Source: a virus. From it: a stretch of 64,000 nucleotides of DNA. Location of the stretch: the IMG/VR virus record IMGVR_UViG_3300036716_002035, positions 7,610 through 71,609 of that record; one strand, 5' to 3'. The translations under genes and the position numbers were made by a program. This document shows, piece by piece, positions 9,278 to 18,266 of this stretch (position 1 is its first letter; each line of letters opens with the position of its first letter). Below the pieces are notes generated by a model. It saw only the letters and a list, made by a program, of their open reading frames with translations, did no database searches and was not told the DNA's origin.

Positions 9278-9475
9278 TTAAAACCACTCTCTTTTAAAAG
9301 GCTTAGTAGAATCTTTTTTGTTTTTCTCCCAGACTTTCCCCTCTGGATCAAGGTCAGAACTTAGTCGCATTAATTTTTGATAAGCAGGGAAAAGAAAACT
9401 CAGTAAATCCCAACGCAAGAAAAAACTTACAAAATGCCCTAGCCAATAAAGAATTAAAGATAAAAATGTTTTCAT
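9278..9475 (-). CDS. hypothetical protein
   Basis: ORF track; amphipathic/hydrophobic N-terminus. Confidence 0.55.
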   Translation of the reverse strand: MKTFLSLILYWLGHFVSFFLRWDLLSFLFPAYQKLMRLSSDLDPEGKVWEKNKKDSTKPFKREWF

Positions 9476-9486
9476 TTATTTGTTCT

Positions 9487-10140
9487 CTATGCTACATGGG
9501 TTGGGGAATCACTATCGGCTCCAATAATCTCCTTTAACAAGGAGAATTTTTTCTTTTCACTTAACCTATCCTCCCCTGCAATATCTGAAGAGTTAGAATT
9601 AAATTTTTTATTTATTTTAATGCGTATGGCATCTACCTTTTGTCTAATTGCCTCCCTTGTTAAATCATAAATATCCCCAATTTCCTTTTTAGAAAAACCT
9701 TTCCAAAGCAATGCAAAAAGAGACTTCTCTTCTGAATTTAAAATTGAAAGGTATTTATGGTATAAATTTTTATTTGATTCCTCCTCGCAATAATCAGAAA
9801 AACCAGAATCCTCTTCTCCAATGATTGAAGTAACCACATCAAGTTTATCACTATTAAAATCAATATTTTTATCTTTATGGAATTTCTTAGAAAAAAACCA
9901 AATACAATGATTATGAGTAAACTTTGCAACCCATTTTTTAAGCTTTACATCGTCAAGCGAATTTTCCCCTTCAAAAAAAGATGCTCTTTTATTCCAAAGA
10001 TTTATGCTAACATTAGAAGTTATTTCTTCTGCATCTGATTCAGTAATGCCTTTATATTTATTTTTTATAATAGTATATATGTACCCAGCCTTACGAGATA
10101 CCTCCTGAGCAAATTCAATTTCTAGCTGAGAGTGGTTCAT
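9487..10140 (-). CDS. ECF-type RNA polymerase sigma-70 factor
   Basis: DAEEITSNVSINLW...LKKWVAKF (region 2) and LNSEEKSLFALLWKGFSKKEIGDIYDLTREAIRQ (region 4 HTH). Confidence 0.8.
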   Translation of the reverse strand: MNHSQLEIEFAQEVSRKAGYIYTIIKNKYKGITESDAEEITSNVSINLWNKRASFFEGENSLDDVKLKKWVAKFTHNHCIWFFSKKFHKDKNIDFNSDKLDVVTSIIGEEDSGFSDYCEEESNKNLYHKYLSILNSEEKSLFALLWKGFSKKEIGDIYDLTREAIRQKVDAIRIKINKKFNSNSSDIAGEDRLSEKKKFSLLKEIIGADSDSPTHVA

Positions 10141-11189
10141 TATTTGTTATTTTTAAAAGATTTAGGAGAAGGGTATTCAGTACCCCAATCAATTTCTTTA
10201 ATCTCTTTGAAGTATTTATAAAGGGTATCCGTGCTAACATTGAGGTCTTTGGCTACCAAAATCCTAATATTATCGTGCTTTTTAAGCAATGAAATGATCT
10301 TAGGCTTCAATTTTTTGAGCCTTTTTTCCCTGTTGGCTTGATGCGCTTTAAATATACTTTCTCCATGGGACGGAGGACGCTTTTTACCATAAAAAGGATG
10401 CTTTTCTTTTGAATAAGTATTCTTAAAAGTTATTTTCTGCTTTTCTATTGATTCTTTAGACCTTTTTGGCCTCCCTCCTATTGGGTACAAAGTATTCCAG
10501 TCTATTTCGGGATGGTTGTTTAGCATTCTATATAGCGTTTTGGGTTCGATTTCCAATAACCTACAAGCCTCTCTCCTATTGCCATTGGCCTTAGTTAATG
10601 CTTGTGCAATAACCGCTCTCTCCTCCCTTCGTTCTTCTTCGGGAATCCTCTCCCAAACCTCTCCTCTTCGATACCCCTTGGCTGGCCTAAACAAATACAT
10701 TTGGTCTTCTGGGGGACGATTTTCTTTAGATATTGGATTTTTATAATGCCAACTATCTTTACCGCTTTTAAATCCCTGCTTTAAAAGCCTTTCTTTGTCT
10801 TTTTGAGTAAAGTTTCTATTAAAATAGTTCTCCTGACCTTCTTTTCTAACTTTTTCAATAAGATATAATCTATCTAAGGCATTAGGAAACGCTCCCTCTC
10901 TAATGGCTTGCCATTGCTCAATACTTAAAGTAGAATTTTTCTTATGGCTTAATCTATATCGAGAATGAATTTTATAAAACTTCTGCGACCTTATTGAATT
11001 TCCCTCGCCCTTTCTTTCAACCTTTCCTTTTAATAGGTCTACAGCTTTTTCTCCAGAAGGAGCCTTGATAATGGACTTAAAATCTTTTTCTGGCTTATTT
11101 GGATATACCCAAGTAAAAATTAAAAGCCAGTAAACATCGTATTCTAAACTTTCTTTATTAAAGACTTTCTGTATAGAATCTTTTTTCAT
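10140..11189 (-). CDS. putative DNA-binding protein with two Fis-type HTH domains and a NUMOD3-like segment
   Basis: ALTKANGNRREACRLLEIEPKTLYRML and LLKKHDNIRILVAKDLNVSTDTLYKYF, each followed by EIDW..(Y)P; HPFYGKKRP between them. Confidence 0.65.
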   Translation of the reverse strand: MKKDSIQKVFNKESLEYDVYWLLIFTWVYPNKPEKDFKSIIKAPSGEKAVDLLKGKVERKGEGNSIRSQKFYKIHSRYRLSHKKNSTLSIEQWQAIREGAFPNALDRLYLIEKVRKEGQENYFNRNFTQKDKERLLKQGFKSGKDSWHYKNPISKENRPPEDQMYLFRPAKGYRRGEVWERIPEEERREERAVIAQALTKANGNRREACRLLEIEPKTLYRMLNNHPEIDWNTLYPIGGRPKRSKESIEKQKITFKNTYSKEKHPFYGKKRPPSHGESIFKAHQANREKRLKKLKPKIISLLKKHDNIRILVAKDLNVSTDTLYKYFKEIKEIDWGTEYPSPKSFKNNK

Positions 11190-11324
11190 ATCCCTTACAG
11201 TATCCTATAAAAAAACAAACAAGTCAAGCGTTTATTTAAAATAAAAAATCTAACTGAGAAATAGCCATACAAAGCCCAACGCTATAACCAAACAAGACTA
11301 AGCAGTAAAGGAAAATTCCTCCAA

Positions 11325-11480
11325 TTACTGACGTGGAGGAAGCGTCTTCTCTGATATGTCTCCGCTTGGCCTTTGCCATTTTATTTTATCGTAATTCTTT
11401 TGGAATTGACTTAAGCTCTTTGTGCGATTTTTGTCACCTTTTCCGTTTGTGGAGCAATTATTTGAATTGCCATTGCTCAT
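11325..11480 (-). CDS. small conserved phage peptide
   Basis: GKGDKNR...FQKNYDKIKW motif; likely start MSNGN at 11480. Confidence 0.55.
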   Translation of the reverse strand: MSNGNSNNCSTNGKGDKNRTKSLSQFQKNYDKIKWQRPSGDISEKTLPPRQ

Positions 11481-11481
11481 G

Positions 11482-11976
11482 TCAAGAAATTTCTTGAAGA
11501 GCTGGGCCAATGTATTGCAATTTAGTGCGATTATTTTCTAGCCACTTTTCTAGCTCATTTAAGCAAAGAATATCTGGGGATATTTCAGACTCTTTTATAT
11601 ATCGTTGTTCTTCCGCATCAAACATAACGACATCAGCTTCAAGCCACTCTGAACCCTGAGATTCTATTAAATCTATATAAGCCTGACTCAAATTTTTAGC
11701 CAATACAGTTGTTCCCATGCCACTTTCTTGAGAGTCACACCTACCGCTTGTTGGGTCATCAAAATCATTTAAATCACCCAAATCAAAAGAAAAGGTAAAA
11801 AGTTCATTTATTTCGACCATAGAGTCCCAGTTTTTCAAAGTCTCAATATCATTAGGAAATTGCTCCTTGAATATCATTTTGGCACGAATCGTCGCTTCTT
11901 TTGTATCGAAGGCATCAAACTCTGCCATTAAAGGGGTGTCAAAATTTACAACAAGTTCATAAGTTCTCTTTTTCAT
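11482..11976 (-). CDS. hypothetical protein
   Basis: 164-aa acidic ORF. Confidence 0.65.
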   Translation of the reverse strand: MKKRTYELVVNFDTPLMAEFDAFDTKEATIRAKMIFKEQFPNDIETLKNWDSMVEINELFTFSFDLGDLNDFDDPTSGRCDSQESGMGTTVLAKNLSQAYIDLIESQGSEWLEADVVMFDAEEQRYIKESEISPDILCLNELEKWLENNRTKLQYIGPALQEIS

Positions 11977-12270
11977 CTCGGTAGCTATTCCTTTTTATTT
12001 AATTATTTAATGCTTAAAAACAGAGGGGTTCTCCATCTTTAAAAAGATTTTAGCATAAAATGACACCCGTAGTCAAGAACTTTTATTTTTTTTTAAAGAA
12101 CTGGGGTCGATCACTAGCCCACTCCAATTTCTGGGAGGCTGTTTTTTTAAAGCTAATTTAATATCCACCCTGATTAAGTCCCGAAGAGGGACGAAGTTGG
12201 ACTCCTCCTCTTTAAGCAGTGTTTTATGATGGATTTTGCGTTTCATATTAAACGTATTTAATACACTTTT

Positions 12271-12501
12271 TTACTCGCCACGCTTTACGCGAATCGTTAT
12301 TTGGTCTTTAACCTTCTCTTCATTAAGTTTTGCGTCTACCAAAAGCCAAAGAGAATAAAATACATCTCCCACATCTTTATGGACGTTATTTGGGATTTCT
12401 TTGTCCGAATTTTTAACACAATCTATTAATTGTGCGCCTAATTTATTTAAATCTCCAGCGCATGAAATAAAATTATAAATGTCTTCGTCGTCTAATTTCA
12501 T
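12271..12501 (-). CDS. hypothetical protein
   Basis: ORF with ATGA overlap to the upstream gene. Confidence 0.6.
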   Translation of the reverse strand: MKLDDEDIYNFISCAGDLNKLGAQLIDCVKNSDKEIPNNVHKDVGDVFYSLWLLVDAKLNEEKVKDQITIRVKRGE

Positions 12502-12692
12502 AATGATTTTATTGTGATTCCCCCCTTGGCCTCTTTAATCCAATCTTTGGCGAACTCGCAACCTTCCTCTTCAATAAAAACTTTTAAATAAAAAGAGGCC
12601 TCTTCATTGGTCAGGCATATCTTTTCAAATTTATCAACCTGCTCTCCGTTGATATTAAAAGTAGATCCAATCTTTAAATCCAACTCTACCAT
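12498..12692 (-). CDS. hypothetical protein
   Basis: ORF track; translational coupling. Confidence 0.55.
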   Translation of the reverse strand: MVELDLKIGSTFNINGEQVDKFEKICLTNEEASFYLKVFIEEEGCEFAKDWIKEAKGGITIKSL

Positions 12693-12794
12693 TGGGATTT
12701 TAAGAAAATTTTTGTATAAGCCACGCTACAGCCATAGCTCCAGCCACCAACCACAACATCTCTTTGCTCGCTGTCATAATATTTATTTATTTAT

Positions 12795-13301
12795 TTATTT
12801 ATTTATTATCGATTCTGAAATTATCTCCCTGGCTTTCGCAGCGCTATGCCAATTAAAAACCCGAGTCCCTTTGTTATCTCCTATATCTTTATAGTGCGCG
12901 AAGAAGTTTTTGCACACTTCTAAAAAAACTTTATCTATATCATCTAGAAGCTCGTACTTCTTTAAGTCAGAGCGTGGGGCGCCAATGATTTTCCAATCCT
13001 TATCGTCTCCATCGTCCATGTCTAAAACGCCTAAAACCTTAGTTTCTACTAAAGTCCCTCTATGAATAGGGCTAGAATTAAAAACCAATATGTCTAAGGC
13101 ATCTCCGTCATCAGTAAGGGTATTTGGGATAAAGCCGTAATTAGATGGGTAAGTCATAGCAGAACACAATGTTCTGTCTGCGACAAATAATTCTAAATCA
13201 GAACTATATTCATATTTGACATTTGTCCCTTGGGGAATCTCAATAATAGCGTTGACCATGTCAGGACTATTAATATGCGAAGGTATTTTATATAAATTCA
13301 T
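12795..13301 (-). CDS. ppa: family I inorganic pyrophosphatase
   Basis: IEIPQG..KYE, YPSNYGFIPNTL..DGDALDILV, DWKII, FFAHYK. Confidence 0.95.
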   Translation of the reverse strand: MNLYKIPSHINSPDMVNAIIEIPQGTNVKYEYSSDLELFVADRTLCSAMTYPSNYGFIPNTLTDDGDALDILVFNSSPIHRGTLVETKVLGVLDMDDGDDKDWKIIGAPRSDLKKYELLDDIDKVFLEVCKNFFAHYKDIGDNKGTRVFNWHSAAKAREIISESIINK

Positions 13302-13303
13302 TG

Positions 13304-13567
13304 TTAAAAATTAAACTTCTCTTGCCTTGGGTCTTCATACGCCTCTTCCTCTTCTTCCTCAACTAATGCGCTAAGGCGTGGTGCGTGGCTATGTAATGGG
13401 CTTTTTGCAAAGTTTTTTTGGGCAATGCGAATTATAAATCGCATCAATGCAAATCCATAAATTTTGTTTAATTCAATTGTATTATTATTTGAATCTGTTA
13501 TTAAAAAACACTTGCTCTCTTCGTTGTATTCAAAAATTCCATTTTTAAGCTCCTTGGTAATTTTCAT
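13304..13567 (-). CDS. hypothetical protein
   Basis: ORF track. Confidence 0.6.
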   Translation of the reverse strand: MKITKELKNGIFEYNEESKCFLITDSNNNTIELNKIYGFALMRFIIRIAQKNFAKSPLHSHAPRLSALVEEEEEEAYEDPRQEKFNF

Positions 13568-13742
13568 AATTAATTATCTAACCCTTTATTGATTTTATCA
13601 AAAATATATAAAGAAATTCCAGATAAGGCTGCGAAGGCCATCACTGGGAGAAGTATAATATATAATATTGCACATATGATACTGAAAAATGCCCTCTCAA
13701 ATATGGACCTCATTATGAGTATTCCTGCTTTAACTTTAGGCA

Positions 13743-14342
13743 TTAAGATAGGTTGAATAACTTATTTAATTCATCTCCAACTACCCAATCCAAAACCTCT
13801 TCGTCTTCAATTGAGGCCCAAGTTAATTGTATATTTGCCATGCTTTCAAGTATAGGGTCGTTTAATAACTCTTCGCTGTTGGCAGGCAGAGCTTCTCCTT
13901 TGTTATCTGGTAATACGCGCGTTAAATGCATGCATTTTCCACCAAGATCGTCTTGTACCCAAGACATTTCATTCTGATAGCGAATATCGGTGATGATAGT
14001 GATAATATCATTATTGATATTTTCTTCAACCAAAGGGGATACTTTATTTATCCAACAAGACTGATCGATTTTACGCATTAGCTTTGTGCCGTAAGCGACA
14101 AGAAAGTCTCTTATTAATGTTTTTTCTTCAATCTTGGTGGTAAAGGCGCTGATACCTACACGATCTAGTAAAAAAGGGTCTGCATCTGCTTTTAGTGCGT
14201 CAGCAAAACTTACTCTTTGAGCTTTAACCCCCTGCTTATTTAACAATCTTATTGCGGAAGCACAAAATGTATCCTTACCGCTCTGAGCTACCCCAGAGAG
14301 GCCAATAACTTTTATCATCTCTTTATCTTGTAGTTTAGTCAT
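13743..14342 (-). CDS. deoxynucleoside monophosphate kinase-like P-loop protein
   Basis: IGLSGVAQSGKDT, SFADALK, ITDIRYQNE as in the T4 gp1-like dNMP kinase family. Confidence 0.8.
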   Translation of the reverse strand: MTKLQDKEMIKVIGLSGVAQSGKDTFCASAIRLLNKQGVKAQRVSFADALKADADPFLLDRVGISAFTTKIEEKTLIRDFLVAYGTKLMRKIDQSCWINKVSPLVEENINNDIITIITDIRYQNEMSWVQDDLGGKCMHLTRVLPDNKGEALPANSEELLNDPILESMANIQLTWASIEDEEVLDWVVGDELNKLFNLS

Positions 14343-14514
14343 CTTCTATATTTATATCCACTTCAAAATCTAAACTTATATTTGTTATATCGTTAATCAG
14401 ACAATGTAACACCCAAACCTGATCAGAAGCTTTAAGATCAAATTCATCATCAAAACGCAAAAGAGTATTATTTAACTCGTCATATAATGCGTCTACCTGT
14501 TCCGCGTGATTCAT
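14335..14514 (-). CDS. hypothetical protein
   Basis: Likely start MNHAEQ at 14514. Confidence 0.55.
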   Translation of the reverse strand: MNHAEQVDALYDELNNTLLRFDDEFDLKASDQVWVLHCLINDITNISLDFEVDINIEDD

Positions 14515-14691
14515 TTTATGAAATGCGCCTTGAATTCGGACAATGGCACGCAAAATAACATAAAAAAGAAATACCTGCGTGCAATATGCACTGCGAATCT
14601 CCAAGGAATGCAAGTACAAAGCTTAAGGCTAAATTGATTAAAAAAAAAATAAAATTTATTTTTCCAAGAATACTTAAATCCGACCAATGAA

Positions 14692-14883
14692 TCATTTATA
14701 ATAAGCGTCTAGAGGGTTACGTATTGGTTGGGAAGTGGTCTTTGGCTGTATCTTCTGGAGGTGCATTATTTTTTTTAAATAAGCAAACCAATAAATTGGT
14801 AATGATACCGCCCAGCCGCAAGCAAGAATTAATCCGACTGCGCCAAGCCAATTCCAAAAACTGCTAAAAATAATATCAAACAC
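14692..14883 (-). CDS. small membrane protein
   Basis: Hydrophobic segment WNWLGAVGLILACGWAVSLPIYWF; likely GTG start at 14883. Confidence 0.5.
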   Translation of the reverse strand: MFDIIFSSFWNWLGAVGLILACGWAVSLPIYWFAYLKKIMHLQKIQPKTTSQPIRNPLDAYYK

Positions 14884-15065
14884 TTTATTTAGATCTCTTA
14901 TTTTTATTGTTTTCTTGAGCCAAGCGAACCTTGGGAGTAACCAAGGTTCCGTATAAGCCCTCGACCAAATCTCCACTTGATCTTCCTACTTTTTTTGACA
15001 TTCTGCCAAGCTCACCTTTTTGCTTGGTCATTCTTTTGGGATTTCTTGCTTTTTTTGCCATAATC

Positions 15066-15218
15066 TTATTTATCTATTACTGTTCTGACCCTGTTTTGAA
15101 TTAAAGCTAACAAGTATTCACTTCTGCTTAGACCTAACTGCTTCGCCTGACGGCTCCACTCTTTAGCTTTGGCAGTTGGCGCCTGTATTTTAATTATTTG
15201 ATGTTCTTTTTTTTTCAT
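15066..15218 (-). CDS. ribbon-helix-helix (CopG-like) DNA-binding protein (not in ORF track)
   Basis: MKKKEHQIIKIQAPTAKAKEWSRQAKQLGLSRSEYLLALIQ...; beta-strand then helix-G-x-S-x-S-E-helix pattern; start overlaps the stop of the WYL-like gene. Confidence 0.6.
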   Translation of the reverse strand: MKKKEHQIIKIQAPTAKAKEWSRQAKQLGLSRSEYLLALIQNRVRTVIDK

Positions 15219-15442
15219 TATAATTTGGTTATTGAAATGACTCGGTCGTGCCGAAAGTTGCGAACTTGAGTCCTTGCAAAGCAGTACGCTTTGAACCCTA
15301 CATTATTGCGGCCTTCAGCCTTATTTGATACTGCGTCACTCAATTTTGGGCGAGCAATTTCATATGTTTTAACTTCCCCGTCTTGCTTCCGATAAACCAA
15401 TAGGTAACGAGGCTGGAATCTATTTAACAATTTATTAATCAT
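15218..15442 (-). CDS. stand-alone WYL-like domain protein
   Basis: LVYRKQDGEVKTYEI...FKAYCFARTQVRNFRHDRV matches the WYL Y-C-x-x-R...R-x-F-R-x-D-R-I pattern. Confidence 0.6.
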   Translation of the reverse strand: MINKLLNRFQPRYLLVYRKQDGEVKTYEIARPKLSDAVSNKAEGRNNVGFKAYCFARTQVRNFRHDRVISITKL

Positions 15443-15448
15443 GAGAAT

Positions 15449-15477
15449 ATGATACGAAAATAATAAGAAATTGTCAA
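15449..15477 (-). promoter_or_regulatory. sigma70-like promoter of the WYL-RHH pair (leaderless geometry)
   Basis: TTGACA-17nt-TATCAT-6nt-ATG(15442). Confidence 0.75.
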
Positions 15478-15496
15478 GGGCTTTTTAAAAAATTAT

Positions 15497-15907
15497 CTAA
15501 CCAGTGCTTCCAAAGCCCCCGTCTCCTCTTTCGCTTGGAGGCAATTCATCCACCTCTTCAACTAAAACGCGAGGCAACTCTAAGACCATTAACTGCGCAA
15601 CCCTATCTCCTAACTTGTAAGCATTTCTATCTGTCCAGCTCATTCGTATCTTTATTTCCCCCCTATAACCACTATCAATCACTCCTACGGAATTAAGTAA
15701 ACGATGCCCAGTGTTAGAAATGCTGGAACGAGGAAAAATAAGAGCAACATTGCCCCTTTCTATCTCTAAAGCTAGGCCAGTACCATACTCTATATAATCC
15801 GCTCGCTTGATCATAGAAACCGCCTTTAAATCCATAGCTGCATCTCCAAGCTTAGCCTTGCTAGGGATTTCGGCGTCTTTATGCAATTTTTTAATTTTAA
15901 GTAACAT
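15497..15907 (-). CDS. dut: trimeric dUTPase
   Basis: GDAAMDL, IFPRSS, GVIDSGYRGEI, GDRVAQL, RGDGGFGSTG. Confidence 0.97.
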   Translation of the reverse strand: MLLKIKKLHKDAEIPSKAKLGDAAMDLKAVSMIKRADYIEYGTGLALEIERGNVALIFPRSSISNTGHRLLNSVGVIDSGYRGEIKIRMSWTDRNAYKLGDRVAQLMVLELPRVLVEEVDELPPSERGDGGFGSTG

Positions 15908-15919
15908 ATTTTATATTAA

Positions 15920-16132
15920 TTATTCTTCTTCTAAAATATCATATAAATCTTTTAATTTATTTAAATCCCCCAACCTAGACTTTATCATCTCAATAGTTAA
16001 AAGAGACTCTACCTGCGACTCCAGAGCCGCTAATTTATTCTCAGCATTATTTAATGTAATTAAAGTGCCAATATGAAATATTGTACTAAATATACAAAAC
16101 AAAACCAAACGAGATTTTAAGCCTTCTCCCAT
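15920..16132 (-). CDS. hypothetical membrane-anchored protein
   Basis: TM helix plus short coiled coil. Confidence 0.55.
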   Translation of the reverse strand: MGEGLKSRLVLFCIFSTIFHIGTLITLNNAENKLAALESQVESLLTIEMIKSRLGDLNKLKDLYDILEEE

Positions 16133-16680
16133 ATTTGCACTCCTTTTATTTCGGGTATGGCATCTGAAAATTTTATCTGAGCCAACAAATCTTCTCTACC
16201 GCTTCTTTTATAAAATTTATATTTGGCGCCTGATGCGCTGAGCGATAATGCTTTAATGGTAATCTTGCCCCCATTTTCGTCTGCGATTTTTTGCTTAACC
16301 CATCGAAGTAAATTTTTTCTAGGGAAAGAAACAAAATCGCCAGAACGCTCAAAGGCTATATGGGTCGCTTCTCCAAGCAACCACCCATGCTTGCCGCTAA
16401 CATTGCGAAACTCAACCCAGGTCCACTCGGAATTAAAAGACGAATCATTTCTGTTTGTTTTTTTTTGAGCTTTTACATCCACACTAATAACGTCTTCATG
16501 CCCTTTATTTGGGTTAAAAACATAAAGCTTTAAATCTATATGCTTGTATATGTTCTCGTGTTTAGTGGCATCTTCTACCCTATAACCTCTAGACTTCGCT
16601 AAACTTGCAAACAATCGCTCTGCATTAAAACCAATAGAAGAGCACTTCGCCCCAGAATCATATTGATTCACGTATTGCAT
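16117..16680 (-). CDS. PD-(D/E)XK-type nuclease-like protein
   Basis: AERLF...HIDL...SVDVKAQK...WVEF motif order. Confidence 0.6.
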   Translation of the reverse strand: MQYVNQYDSGAKCSSIGFNAERLFASLAKSRGYRVEDATKHENIYKHIDLKLYVFNPNKGHEDVISVDVKAQKKTNRNDSSFNSEWTWVEFRNVSGKHGWLLGEATHIAFERSGDFVSFPRKNLLRWVKQKIADENGGKITIKALSLSASGAKYKFYKRSGREDLLAQIKFSDAIPEIKGVQIWEKA

Positions 16681-16690
16681 TTAAATTCAC

Positions 16691-17017
16691 TCATCCTTTA
16701 TTCCAAAGTTTAATGCAAACAAAAATTCCGAGAGCTAAATACCCTAATGATACTACTTGGGCTAATGAGCCTACTGGATCACCCGTTCTCGTTACTAATT
16801 GAGATAGCGCAAAAGATGCGCCATACGCACAAGTCAGCAAACGATCTGTTTTAGGCATTAGGAATAGGCTAGCTACTGTTGAGATTAATATTAATATTCC
16901 TCCCACCCCTACTGTAACTAAACCAGCTAAAGGATTGGTTAAAATCGTAGCCATACCTACGAGTGAGCATACCCATCCTGTGGCCCACGCTATTACTGTT
17001 ACTCTATTTTTATTCAT
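16691..17017 (-). CDS. multi-pass membrane protein
   Basis: Three to four hydrophobic helices. Confidence 0.65.
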   Translation of the reverse strand: MNKNRVTVIAWATGWVCSLVGMATILTNPLAGLVTVGVGGILILISTVASLFLMPKTDRLLTCAYGASFALSQLVTRTGDPVGSLAQVVSLGYLALGIFVCIKLWNKG

Positions 17018-17070
17018 ATTTCTTTTCTTTTGGCGGACGTTTTGGTCCGTATAATACTTGCTTTTTAAGC

Positions 17071-17298
17071 TTATTCTTCCATTTCTGACTCTTCTTCATA
17101 CGATATATCTTCACTTTCTATTAGGCGGGAATAATATCCCAGTTTAAAATGATACTTTTGAATAAAAAATATTAACCCCATGATTATATAGGGTTGCCAT
17201 GCGGTAAACCCGAACGCAGACCATAGTAAAAAACCTATAATCACTAAGGGAAATAACTTATTTGCTAAATGGTCTATTGTTGCTTGTAAAAATGTCAT
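17071..17298 (-). CDS. small membrane protein
   Basis: Two TM helices and an acidic tail. Confidence 0.6.
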   Translation of the reverse strand: MTFLQATIDHLANKLFPLVIIGFLLWSAFGFTAWQPYIIMGLIFFIQKYHFKLGYYSRLIESEDISYEEESEMEE

Positions 17299-17346
17299 TA
17301 TTATTAATATGTTGATATATTACTCTAACAAAACCTAAAAGTCAAT

Positions 17347-17373
17347 AAAAAAGGGCCCAAAGTGGGCCCTTTT
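17347..17373. terminator. rho-independent terminator (bidirectional-type hairpin)
   Basis: AAAAGGGCCC-AAAGT-GGGCCCTTTT inverted repeat just downstream of the beta-barrel gene. Confidence 0.8.
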
Positions 17374-17395
17374 AAATATAAGACTGTGGGCTGAA

Positions 17396-18076
17396 TTAAA
17401 AAACGTGTTTAATTCCTCCGAATACAGAAACGGTATCATCACCATTTGGGATATCCTTAAGATCAACTAGATCCACGCCTAGAAATAAAGACGTTTCATC
17501 ATTGATGGCTCTTGTAAGAAGAAGGTCTGCGCCATAGTAAGTAGCGCGATCTCCACCCAGTTCTGTACTGCCAGCTTTTGCAGAAATGCCCAAGCCAAAC
17601 CCTTCCCAAAGCTCTACTTCATGAGAGAGGGAGCCTTCAAAAGTGGTTACTTCGCTATCAGGATTATAATAAACCCTAGCTCCTGCATCAAAAATAATTT
17701 CTGCACCCAATTCCACATAGAGTTCAGTTCCATTTCCTAATACATGATTATCTGTATAGTTAAGTACTCCTACTGAGGTACTAACGCCTTCTAGGATTTC
17801 TAAACCAGTACTTGCGCCCAAACGAACCTCATCGGCGCCATCCTTTGCGTTAACCAAGCCTTCTACACCGACATCTAGGCCAGCCAAAGACAGCGATGTC
17901 CCAAAAGACGTCCCGATGCTATCCTGCCCAGAGGAAACTCCCCTGAATGCGAGTTCTGAATTATAACCAGCAGTAAAACTACCGTGCAATTCAGTTGCGT
18001 TAATTTTCTTATAAGCAAAAAGCCCAATAATAATGACTCCTGCTACGATTCCAAGTTTTACGAATTTATTTTTCAT
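17396..18076 (-). CDS. outer-membrane beta-barrel protein (putative porin)
   Basis: N-terminal signal/anchor, alternating hydrophobic beta-strands, YNSELAFRGVS motif, C-terminal Phe (GGIKHVF) BAM-type signal. Confidence 0.75.
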   Translation of the reverse strand: MKNKFVKLGIVAGVIIIGLFAYKKINATELHGSFTAGYNSELAFRGVSSGQDSIGTSFGTSLSLAGLDVGVEGLVNAKDGADEVRLGASTGLEILEGVSTSVGVLNYTDNHVLGNGTELYVELGAEIIFDAGARVYYNPDSEVTTFEGSLSHEVELWEGFGLGISAKAGSTELGGDRATYYGADLLLTRAINDETSLFLGVDLVDLKDIPNGDDTVSVFGGIKHVF

Positions 18077-18266
18077 AATTTTGTTGTTAAGCTTTAATAT
18101 TAATTGAACGAAGGGGAAAAGTCAAGAATCTTTTTCTTTTATTTTTTCTTCCAGGTCTTGTACACGAGATAAAAGGTAACTTAATTTTGAACGCATCTTT
18201 GTGTCTAGATGATTTATCTTATCAAGTATTTGATGTAGTGTCTCGACTATCTCTTTATCTTTCATA

